From NCBI GenBank assembly GCA_017499595.2, contig CM039000.1:744001-808000 (forward strand): a stretch of 64,000 nt of DNA, in the 5' to 3' direction. Below, one piece after another: positions 1-10,353 of this stretch. Source of the stretch: Psilocybe cubensis. Taxonomy: Eukaryota. Position 1 is the first letter of the stretch, and each line of letters opens with the position of its first letter. A program made the translations under genes and the position numbers. The notes beneath the pieces are model-generated. The model ran no database searches. It was given only the letters and a program-made list of their open reading frames with translations, and had not been told where the DNA came from.

Positions 1-294
1 CTTAATCAGATCATACGGTTCCAGCCTGAATGATAGGTCCAAGAGTTGGTTGTGGGATCTTTCTAGGTAGTGAGCAAGCCGGTCAAGCTCCTTGATGAAA
101 TTCTTCCCGTTCCAATACGTGTACTGTGACCAAAGCTTTGGACTTCCAATAGCCACTGCACGCCAGGACCGACAGACTTGAGATATAGCCACTTGCAGAG
201 GCACGTCTTCTGAGGCGTGTGCCCCTGGAGCATGACAAGCCTCTTCAAATATAATTTGGAGTATTTCAGTAGGAGCATCCATTGCGGCGTGCAT
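1..294 (-). CDS. F-box-like protein, 5' part (runs off the left edge)
   Basis: Hand translation from ATG 294: MHAAMDAPTEILQIIFEEAC...AISQVCRSWRAVAIGSPKLWS...LAHYLERS, open to position 1. Matches the agaricomycete F-box-like pattern (P.EIL..IF...SQVCR.WR..A...P.LWS). Confidence 0.7.
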   Translation of the reverse strand, partial: MHAAMDAPTEILQIIFEEACHAPGAHASEDVPLQVAISQVCRSWRAVAIGSPKLWSQYTYWNGKNFIKELDRLAHYLERSHNQLLDLSFRLEPYDLIK

Positions 295-823
295 AGTGCG
301 ACTAGAGTGCGCGTCCTCCGTAATGCGATGTCGGTGAGTGTACAAGTTTGAAGAGAGTAAATTTTGAACCTTGTGCTTACGTGGCCCTTGTTCCCACTCT
401 CGACAGTGAGAGCACTGATCATATTCCTGTGAATGTGAGCCAGTCAGAATCTTATATCGATGATTGCAGATTTAACTGGGGGGTACGGGGGTGGACTTGC
501 ATTTACGGCTCGCCATGCGGTCCGTGTCATCAGGTACGTTGAGGCAGCATAGAACGGATCTCTAGTCCTATGTCCAGTCATTTTGTCTTCAGATATTTTA
601 CAATTACCAGAGAAATTGAAGGCAAGGAAATAATGCACCAGTGTAACATTATCTTTGGATTGTGGACCTCTGACAGTTATGATTCTTTCAAATATCTCAA
701 CATAGTCCAGATCCGGTGTAACAAAATTGTATATATGCTTTTCCAGTATTTCTCCTTGATACATATTTGTTGTCCTCTCTTTTCCTTCATCTTTGCTAGA
801 AATGTTGCCCAAATAGTTGTATC

Positions 824-1190
824 TCAGTTGCAGCCAATGCCGGTACCAGTTTCAGCACCGTTAGGGGCCTATAAGATGATATATTAATGAAAATGACTAT
901 GACTTTTGGCCAGCTAACGATCACATACCAAACGAACGCAGCACGCAGAGATTTGGCCGCCAAACGGACAGTCAAATCCAGGACTGCAGTTTACTTTGAA
1001 AAGAAAATCAGCTCAAACAAGTTCCTGCAATCAAAACGAAATCATACTAACTTCCGACGTTTCCAGCTGGGCGGATGCTCGGGACGAGAGCGTCACAGCA
1101 GAATGGGCGGCATTCAGGCGCAGTAGCAGCTGCGGAAGCCATGAAGGGCAACGTCGAGAGGGCGAGAGCGATGGCAGAGAGGAACTTCAT
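824..1190 (-). CDS. Small secreted 8-Cys hydrophobin-like protein, copy A (82 aa)
   Basis: Exons 1190-1052, 993-929, 868-824 with GT-AG introns give MKFLSAIALALSTLPFMASAAATAPECRPFCCDALVPSIRPAGNVGINCSPGFDCPFGGQISACCVRLAPNGAETGTGIGCN*. Signal peptide, C-CC-C-C-CC-C pattern and upstream TATAAAA. Confidence 0.85.
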
Positions 1191-1589
1191 CTTTGGTGAG
1201 TGACGATTAACTGAATGAAGAAAGACGACTTTCTGAAGAACATAGGCAGCTTCGACATCCATTTTATACCTCGCGATGACCACCCTTTTTTCATTTGAGC
1301 TCTCCAGTACAACTCCCAATTTGGTCTGCGTCGTATGCAAATCTTCCCAGAAATATGGCTCCTTGCTATTCCAATCCCAGCTTGCAATGAGGTGAGTTGG
1401 ACCACCTTCAAAACTGTGTTTCTTCAAGAGAATTGATTAGCATCTACCCTGTCTTAATTTTAAAGTAAAGCGATTAGAAGAGAACCTGGTATCTTTAGAT
1501 GACCATAAAACGTGCCCAACATTGTCGAGCCCGGGATTTAGGTGATTCAAATCTTACATTCGAATAACTTATTGATATGACTGGCTGAT

Positions 1590-2776
1590 CACTCACTTTG
1601 GTCGATTTTGTGAGTAACACAAAAAAGAACGAAAGAAAACTTGTCCATGTCGTGGATTTTTATCAAAATCCGTAAGAGTATGGGTGGCCTCTGGTGGATT
1701 GGAAGACGTCACATTCACATTCGCCAGAAGCAATTCTCCCGTCACCACAGGGCTACTTGTTCGTATATTACAAGTCATTCGTTTTTCCACGGTAATCTTA
1801 TGCACATTTGATTTTCATTTTCAGGTCGGTTTGAGCAAACCATCTTGGATGCACTTATGACAGCCACTGTGCAACAGATTCTTTTGACGACGCCCTCAGC
1901 AAAAAAGCATATGTAAATTTCCGAACACGGTCAAGTTGAGAAAGAGTTGAACGTAGCTCCGTGAAGAAGGATCGACGACTCAGAAATGGACTAAGCACAA
2001 GCGCAACGTCACAAGCTTTGTAAATAAAGAACATCGCTCATTGACTTGCCTTGGCAAAATATATCCAGGTGCTCGGAGATTCCAAAGGCTTTAGATTTGA
2101 GGTGAAATCACGGAATGAGTAGAAGCAACATTACGTACCATCATCCCCTACTGAAAGTTAGTTGATCCCAATTGATAGCTTCCCTACACGGTCAGGCTGG
2201 CATACACTAATGGTGAGGACATACCTGATATAGCATACGTTCAGGCTATGAGCCAGCTAGGAGTCAAGTATGTGCGTAGAAGAAGGGTAGCATTGTTGTG
2301 AAGATATGACTGTCAATGACACAAAAGTGCGAAAGACGTCCAGAGATCGGTGTGATACAGTACATTACCGCTACCGACCGCAACATCACTCGTTAATAAG
2401 GCCCGGGTGTCTTAGCGATGCTACCATTTGCAGAAACAGCAAAGAACGGATTTTTGAACCAACAAAAGTGCCCTAGATTCGACAGAAAGCCTGGTTGCAC
2501 GCAAGACGGGTTTATTAATTACATCATACGGTTCCAGCCTGAACAATAGATTCAAAAAGTTGTTTGTGGGATCTTTCTAGGTAGTAAGCAAGTTAGTTAA
2601 GTTCCTTGAAAAAATTCTTGCGATTGCGATACATGTACTGTGACCAAATATTTTGAATGAGATATAGCTGGCACTGGCAGAGGCACGCCTTCTGAGGCGT
2701 GTGCCCCTGGAGCATGACAAGCCTCTTCAAATATAATTTGGAGTATTTCAGTAGGAGCATCCATTGCGCTGTGCAT
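1590..2776 (-). pseudogene. Decayed F-box-like gene, paralog of the gene at 1-294
   Basis: 2524-2800 aligns with 10-316 (MHSAMDAPTEILQIIFEEACHAPGAHASE) but has a deletion, frameshift and stops. The 3' extent is inferred from homology with 26100-26720. Confidence 0.6.
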
Positions 2777-3817
2777 AGTGCGTCTAGAGTGCGCGTCCAC
2801 TTTATTGTGAGTGTACAAGTCCAAGGAAAGTAAATTATGCTCGTGCTTAATATTAATTATTTGGACTCCTCCAGTTGATTGTATTTTAATTTTCTGGGGT
2901 TGTTTTCAGGACTGTTACAGTTCAGGGACAGAACATAATGAAAGCTTTCCTGGAATTGAACGAGATCGTCCTAGACAGAACCTACTCGCCCTGGGATTCG
3001 GTGTTGCATAGATCACGAGTTGAAGAAAAACCACCCCGTTAGTCAGCAAGGTTCTTGTGCGGAGTTTAAACGGCATCTTCGGGGTGTGGAAAGCCGGATC
3101 CGGAAGGTAAGGTGTCCATGCCGACATACATTTTGTTTTTTTTCTTCCAGCACAGGAATTTAATCGACTCAGGCGCACTGGATTAGACTGGATTTACACA
3201 GAACACAGATCTAAAAATATTTTGGAGCTTCTGAAGTATAGCTGCTTCTCCGCAGGGGCATTGTATATTACCTTGGAGTTTGAATCAATGTTGGAAACTT
3301 CCAATGTGTCCACGGTTTGCTAGCTTGCTCTTTGGAGGGATGTGTTGAACGATTGGGGTGGAAACTTTGAGTGATGGAGAAGTAATCCATTTTTTGTATT
3401 GTATCAATGACATACAAACGGGCAGACAGCCTACAGGACGCCCAGGTACAAAAAACAGATATCTACTACTAGTAGCCTAAGCGGCGCTGGTTTGTTTGCG
3501 GTGCGGATGCAAAGATAGCTTGTGGGTCACTACAGCTGGACGGTAAGCCCGTCCTGTTCTGGTCAAAGTATGCGTGCGAGACGATGCGTAGGATTGGATA
3601 GGATAGTGTACAATGACGATGGGATAGAATACAATGCATGTAAGCGTCGAGCTTTGCTGTGGATAAATAGCGATAACAAGCGTCTAGCGTTTTCGTCGTG
3701 CGTGTATGCATCAAGCATACGTCGTGCGGTCCGGGTCGAGGCCATGATACTGATCAAATCGGGTCGAATCAAGTCGAATCGAGGCAAACCAAAAACTCAA
3801 GGCATTCAGAGCAGTCC

Positions 3818-4267
3818 TCACGCTCTAGCGGCGGCGGCGCGGCGCATCATCGCGAGCTGGAAGCGCTCCGCGCGCTTCATCATCGCTGGCGCCGCGTCCC
3901 TCTCCTGCCTCTCATACTCCTCCTCATCGTCCAAATCACGCTCGCGGTGCTCGCGGCGGTACGCAACGACACGGCCAAGTAGGCTGAGCGGTTTCAGAGG
4001 CTCAGCGAGTCCGCCGGCTGTGGCTGGGTCCGCGACGGGTGCCTCAACAGCGTTGGTGTTGGCGTTTGGGGCGCTGTTGGCAGCGGGGAGCGCCGAGAGG
4101 TTGTCGAGGATCGCGAGGGGCGAGGAGGCGGCGTTGGAGGACGACTCGGCGCCGCCTGAGAGGAGCGGGATGCCGAGGCCCGGGGCGGGAGCGGGGACGG
4201 GCGAGGCGGTGACGAGGCAGGCCATGGCGAGGAGGAAGGAAAGCGCAAATTTGACGAGGGCGAACAT
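3818..4267 (-). CDS. Small secreted Ala/Pro-rich protein (149 aa) with dibasic sites
   Basis: Intronless GC-rich ORF with signal peptide MFALVKFALSFLLAMACLVTA-SP, RR/KR sites near the C-terminus and a TATA-like element at ~4453-4460. Confidence 0.75.
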   Translation of the reverse strand: MFALVKFALSFLLAMACLVTASPVPAPAPGLGIPLLSGGAESSSNAASSPLAILDNLSALPAANSAPNANTNAVEAPVADPATAGGLAEPLKPLSLLGRVVAYRREHRERDLDDEEEYERQERDAAPAMMKRAERFQLAMMRRAAAARA

Positions 4268-5456
4268 TTTGGTTTGGTTCGGATTGGGTTGGGTTGGGGT
4301 GTGAGGTGGTTTGGGTTGGAGGTAGGTGAGTTGGAGTTGTTTTGCGGGCGAGTGAATGTGGTTGCTTGTAAGCGTGTTGTTTATCTGCGCTGCAGAGTGT
4401 GTTTGAAGACTGGGTTGTGAAATGCTGAAACTCGCCCGTCGAGAGCCTGAGCTATCTATACGTCGAGCGGGCGGTGTTTGAGCGTTGCCCGTGGCGGGAA
4501 ATGAGTATGCGAATCAACTCACGAAAGTAATAGAAGCTGCGAAGGTGTTGACGGTTACAAGTACTCGGGCGTTGGGCGGGTTCGTAGATTTGTGTTTAGT
4601 CGTGGGCGTGGGCGAGAAAAGAAGAGAAAAGTTGGTTGAAGTTTTGGTTTTATAAAAAGGATGATAGATATACAATAAAAATGACGTTCGGGGTCTGATC
4701 GATCGACGACTGACTTGACCTTTTGACCTGACTTTCGACGGACGGGCAGACGCGTTCTGGACGACGACGGCAAAGTACAGAAAGAAAAGAAATGTAGACA
4801 GTCGGGTATATAAACCAAATGGCTATTCCCACCCATTGTTCACATAACGTTTGTCCGCCATTGTCATTTGTCGCGATGTTATTTGCGTGCCACAGTGCCA
4901 CGCCTCTTGGCCTAATATTGGCCTGGCGCATTGATAGAGCGTCTATTATTGTCATCCGTACATTCAGCTTTGCTTCGAGAGTCGCAAAGAAGCCTTTCAA
5001 ACCCCCCACCCGTCGTTATAGCAAACAGCAACACCGCCCACTTACAGTCAAAGTCAAAATTGTTCCATCCATTCCAGAAATCAGAGTCCAATGACGAATA
5101 CCCTACACCAGTCTTTTGTTCTCCTACGTTTCATAATTGATAGTGCTTTACCCGAGACTGGGTGCCCCTCCCCATATGCATGGGCGCTGAAAAGAACAAA
5201 CAATTAACTGTCCATGTCATTAATGGTGGGTGGCAGTGGCGGTGATATGGTTCGGTGTCGACAATAACAGGCGCAAAGAGTCTGTCTAGTATCCAACGAC
5301 GGGTACTGAGCGGGACACCAGCCTGAGTGAGCAGAACAATCGAACAACAATGGCCCGCCGGAGATGCCGTCCATCAAATACATAGGTTCAATCTTCGCGC
5401 ACAAACTTACGGTGTAGAACTGGGCCCCGAGATGCCATGTACAATCGGACATCTAT

Positions 5457-5997
5457 CACGGCGGGCAAAAGTGCTGACTAGTCAGCCTGGGAGTTGGTCT
5501 GACCAGTCACCTGACCAGCGTGCTGACTAGTCACCTGACTAGTCATGTAGCTGTCACGCATTTATTGTCACGCTGCTAAGTTTCTGTAATTCCGCTCATT
5601 GATTGTAGAACAGAAGATCTCTTTTCTATGCCCCAGACTTACATTATTTGCTTCTTTCATGAATCTTGTTAAAGATATCTAGCATGCATCGACACAATTT
5701 TGGTATAGCATCTATTAATTGTCCATTTGTTTGAATAATGACCGAATTTCAACCAAACACAAGAAATGTCCAATTCATTCATTGCTTTTCTTCAGTGAGA
5801 TTGCTTCGGAAGACAATGGTTTATTCCCATTTAATCTTATGTTACTGAACTCATTTACCAATACTAACCAGCGTGACAACATTTGTGTGACCTCTCCTGA
5901 CTGGTCAGTTGATTCGTCACGGAACGCGTCACGATATGGTCAGGTGACTGGTCAGACCAACTCCCAGGCTGACTAGTCAGCACTTTTGCCCGCCGTG
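5457..5997. mobile_element. MITE with 61-bp perfect TIRs (CACGG...CCGTG), probably CMC/EnSpm-type
   Basis: 5457-5517 is the exact reverse complement of 5937-5997. 3-bp TSD TAT on both sides, subterminal CTGAC(T/C)AGTCA repeats and no coding capacity. Confidence 0.9.
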
Positions 5998-6057
5998 TAT
6001 ATAGAAAGAGAGGAAGGTCCCTTGCTTACCTAAATTTTACATAAGCAAGTCTCTCCT

Positions 6058-7257
6058 GTATGGAAAGCCGGAAGAGCGAGGTGCCCAGACACAAACCAAA
6101 CATCGTCCGGCAGAGATGCCGAGTGATCGCTAGGCAATTCACAATCCCGCTATGGCTGAACGACTTCCGACACCCCGCACCGAGTGCTCTATACAAAAAT
6201 CTATATTCCGTCACATACTTTAGGTATGTTTTTCGCCATCTATTATTTAGTTATGGCCTGTAAGAAAGGCAATAAATTCAATATTTTGCATGACTAAAAT
6301 GACTGCGGTGTTTGGGCCTTGGCTAGCACATTGATGACATGAGAGGAAGTGAACTAGGACAGGTAAACTGCTTGTAAAAAGATCTAGAGTACTTATACTC
6401 CCCCATTAGACCCAAACCAAACTCTGGTATGCGCTCAGCATGGCGGGACGGTTGATCATGGGCAACGGACGCAATGGACATGAGAGGAGAGGAGAGAGAA
6501 GAGATCTAGGGCAGGTGATAGAGCACGGTGAGTGGTCTAAGCTTGACGTCGTTGAGACCTTGAGCTGAAGATGTGAGCCTTGATATGAGCCTGTAGAAAA
6601 CCAATGGTGGGTGGCAGGGCGGGTTTGACGATCCTGACTGTTTCCCACACCGCCGATTATCTTCCTTTTATCTTATCTTTAATTTACTTTTCTGTGGACT
6701 TCACCTTCGTTCCATCCACCCGATACACCCAGTCCTTTAGCACATTTTCTTTACTCTATTTTCCTATTCCTTGAAACTGACTTATACTCGACCTTCATGT
6801 ATTTCCCAATTAACCCTGTTATCTCTTTCTTTGTCTATTTCTTTTGAACACCTTATTTTTACAATATAAATGAAGGCTACGGAACCGCTATTACTCTCGG
6901 TGTCAATATTGTCACTAACGTCACAGCGGGGGCGAGAAAAACTTGTAACTGATGCAAAAACCCTTTCTTACAGGCCATAACTAGTAAATAATAGAGTGCG
7001 AAAAATGACTCAAAAAGGCGGCTTCGCAGCAATTGCCTGCCATGCCAGTAAAATTGTGTTTGCTATTGTGTACTAGATTACATGTAATAATATGTGTATC
7101 CTGACAGAATATAGATATTTATATAGTGCACTCGGTGCAGGGTGTCGGAAGTCGTTCAGCCATAGCGGGATTGTGAATTGCCTAGCGATCACTCGGCATC
7201 TCTGCCGGACGATGTTTGGTTTGTGTCTGGGCACCTCGCTCTTCCGGCTTTCCATAC
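6058..7257. mobile_element. Non-autonomous long-TIR (foldback-like) DNA element
   Basis: 6058-~6213 is an inverted repeat of ~7102-7257 with a few mismatches. A second inverted block lies at ~6230-6270 / 6960-7005. 4-bp TSD TCCT at 6054-6057 and 7258-7261. Confidence 0.85.
6309..6925 (+). mobile_element. Solo LTR (617 bp)
   Basis: TGT...ACA termini flanked by the 4-bp direct repeat GCGG (6305-6308, 6926-6929). AATATAAA near the 3' end. Confidence 0.7.
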
Positions 7258-9046
7258 TCCTGTCCCCGGGACCGAGCAAGTCCGCCAACCAAACAAATAC
7301 GCGCACGCCGCGCGTGGTCAGATGAGGCGTGCGCGGCGTGAATGAGGGGAACGGGTTCATTTTTTTAATGCATTAGTACTTTTCTTTGAACCAAGCAAAT
7401 ACGCGCACGCCGTGCAGAGTCAGATGTGGGAGGTGCAGTATTTTTGTTTGAACCAAACAAATACGCACGCCGCGCATGGTCAGATGCGGGAGGTAAGCGC
7501 GGCGTGAATGATCACAACTTGAGGTAAACGGGTTCGTTTGTTTTAGATACAATGTATTTGCAATGCATATCCGTGTACAAAATGAAAGTGTGAGCATTTT
7601 TTTGGGTGTTCTAAGGGCATCTCTGTGTTCCTGAAAGATTCAGCCTGACGGGTTCAGAGAATAAATCTTTGGCAAAAATTTTGAGGTGTGCCTTTTCAAG
7701 TTGATATGATTTGCTATCAAGTACATTTGTGTACAAAATAAAATATTGAAAATTGAATATAAGTCTGTAAAAGCCTCAGAATACCTCCTGAAATGTTCAA
7801 CTTGATGGGTTATCCAATGTGCTACACATGGTTTCCGACTATTCCAATGGGTACTGGGTTTATAAATTTGGTGAAAATATCTATAAAATCCACAAGTCAT
7901 ATCTGACGGGTTGTGTATGGTACTACAGGGAAAGAATACAAAGGGATAAAAAGATTAAATTGAAATAATGTATCAATGAGGAGGCGCGAAGCGCCGACGG
8001 GGTCCAGGGGCGAAGCCCCTGGGGGGGTCGAGGGGCGCAGCCCCCGCGAGCTGTTGGCCCGTCAGCGAAGCAAGTGGGTGAGCGAAGCGAACCCCACGGC
8101 GCGTAGCGACGGGTCATAAAGCTCGTAGTATTAACGACATGACAGTTATTAATAAAGCTTGCGAATTTGTGCGTAGTTTATTTTGTCGATCCTTCTTCCA
8201 CGGAGTTACATTCAACTCTTCCTTACCTTGAGCAAATTTCCAGATGCTTGCCGTCGTCAAAAGCAGATTGTAAGACTTGTTCACAAAGTCCGATGCGACA
8301 GTAGACTCGCACTGTCGTAAGTACATCCAAGTTGCTTTGCTCAAACCAAGCTGATAATCAAAATCAAATATGCATAAGCTTTCCGTGGAAAAGGAAAAAA
8401 GGCCTGTAATTTACGTAGTCCTGTGGTGACAGGCCGCAAGCTGCTTCTGGTGAATCTGAATGTGATGTCTTCCATTTCCATCTGCAATCCACAATGGACC
8501 CAATATTTTTCAAAACCTAAAACCGACTACATTGTTGGTAGAACATGACAAATTTCTGTATAACAATTCATGCCTGCTTCCGCAATTGTGTACACAAGAA
8601 CCCGGAAGGTCCAGGAATTAAGCATGACTCCTACTGAAAAATATTGATGTCATAACCAAGTCAGAACTATCCGCGAACTGCCAATCGGAGTTTGTGCTAT
8701 TCACGAAACCGAACAACGAGCAACATCTCGACCATTTATATCAAGAAGTCATAATGTAAGATTCGGATTGCATGAATCGTGGAGTTCGTCGACGTCGGAC
8801 TCGTTCTCTCGCCGCCTGAATTCTGTGTATCATAGTTCTTCACATCGACGCCTTTCCTTTACGGAATGGGTCAGGTGGTAACCAATTCTCATCAGAAATT
8901 AAGAGAATGTAATTCTGAGAGTAGGATACTCTACCTCGTTGCCCACACTGGTGAATGGATTAGAGAGCAGCCAAGTTACCGGAGATACTCGTATACGATA
9001 TTATCCAAATTTAGTACCCAAATGAAAAAAGTGGGCAGTACGAGGG

Positions 9047-9053
9047 TATAAAA
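9047..9053 (+). promoter_or_regulatory. TATA box of the hydrophobin-like gene
   Basis: TATAAAATGGATGTC lies 78 nt before the ATG. The same element occurs on the minus strand at ~1262-1268, ~23504-23510 and 25560-25566. Confidence 0.65.
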
Positions 9054-9124
9054 TGGATGTCCTGGACATGTTAGCTATATTCCTCAGAAAGTTGTCTTTC
9101 TTCACTCAGTTCGTTTCACCAAAG

Positions 9125-9523
9125 ATGAAGTTCCTCTCTGCCATCGCTCTCGCTCTCTCGACTCTGCCCTTCATGGCTTCGGCAGCTGCGACTGCGCCTG
9201 CATGCAGCGCATTTTGCTGTGACGCTGTCGTCCCGAGCGTCCGCCCAGGTGGAAACGTTGGCAGTTCGTATCTCCGTATTTGACTGTGGTACAGGGACTC
9301 ATTTAAACTGACTTTGCTTTGTTTATGTGTTGCATAGTCAACTGCACGCCTGGTGGCCTCGACTGTGGATTCCATGGGCAAACGACTGCATGTTGCGTCC
9401 GTTTAGTACGTGATAACCTTCTGCATCGTTGCCGCTAGGCTCATCATAGTAAATTGACATTGACCTACGCTCCTATAGACCCCTATCGGCGCTCGAACTG
9501 GTACCGCAGTTGGCTGCAATTGA
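9125..9523 (+). CDS. Small secreted 8-Cys hydrophobin-like protein, copy B (83 aa)
   Basis: Exons 9125-9263, 9338-9405, 9479-9523 give MKFLSAIALALSTLPFMASAAATAPACSAFCCDAVVPSVRPGGNVGINCTPGGLDCGFHGQTTACCVRLTPIGARTGTAVGCN*. Same intron positions as copy A. Confidence 0.85.
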
Positions 9524-10353
9524 GATACAGACAGTACTTTGCATAACCTCGACAGCCTAAAAGAAAACAAACAAAAAAATGTGCAATGAGAAATAGCTGG
9601 GAGAAAATAATGTAATAAACCTTGTTTTTGGCAACATATATGAATTCAGTGGATAATTTTTAAAAAACCATAAGGGTCATCAATGTCAACGATCTGATGT
9701 TCCAAGATCATGCGTTTTGTTGTCTGTTGACCTGTTGAATTTCCAGAGTTTTGATTTGGTGCTATTCAGTTTAAACCTTTTCACTTATGGACGCCAAATG
9801 CTGCCATTGTGCCAATGTCCCAGTTCTCAAGCTATGTGTTGGTAGATCTCTGACGGCTGTTCGAATACCGGTTCCGGCATGGGACGAGAGACTGGTATAG
9901 TACAGTACTTCGCATAATATGAATATGTCTATTTGTGTGAGCACATCAATTATGAGGCTCACATCTAAGATTCATAAGTGACTTGCGGTGCGCGGTTTAC
10001 ACTGCCGCGCTTAGAAAGGTTCTTGGCATTTCGCCACTACGCCAAATATCGATAGGCGCCCATTGAAACCTGTAAGCGCCCGAGTCCCAACTCATCAGCA
10101 TGATCCATCATTCAAGCATTCCCGATATCTGGAGAATAAATGCAATGTTTGTACGACGCGGTGCATTTTGTACAAGTGGATATGTGTATGTAAGAGCGTA
10201 ATAAAAAAGCAATATAAGAGAACAATACCGAAACCATGAGATAGGGAACCATGTGTGCAAATAGTAGAGTAAACGTAAAAGCGAAAAAAGTGAAAAAGGT
10301 ACCAAACGCCCATTAAAAGTGTTCTCGCACAAGCATAAAAAAGGGCTCTCGTT

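Larger units (their letters stand above)
5452..8125 (+). mobile_element. Putative non-autonomous Helitron hosting nested insertions
   Basis: After removing the nested MITE the 5' end reads A|TCTATATAGAAAG. The 3' end has GC-rich hairpins (ccaggggcgaagcccctgg; cccgtc...gacggg) followed by CTCG|T, giving an A|T insertion site. Internal ~45-60 bp direct repeats at ~7286, 7389 and 7451. Confidence 0.6.
8528..10220. repeat. Left arm of ~1.69-kb near-identical inverted repeat (partner 24393-26085)
   Basis: Mirror ORFs are identical (8866..9051 = 25562..25747; 9771..9962 = 24651..24842) and paired coordinates sum to 34613. Only two substitutions noticed by eye (~8766, ~9662). Confidence 0.95.

Noticed and set aside
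6026-7360. Duplicated ORF MESRKSEVPRHKPNIVRQ...
   Set aside because: A by-product of the inverted repeats of a non-coding element.
7286-7510. Repeat-spacer-like pattern resembling a CRISPR array
   Set aside because: Three degenerate repeats with irregular spacing inside a fungal transposon, and no cas genes.
9988-10014. Hairpin GCGCGG...CCGCGC then TTAG as a secondary Helitron terminator
   Set aside because: Short stem, no spacer before the TTAG, and not followed by T.
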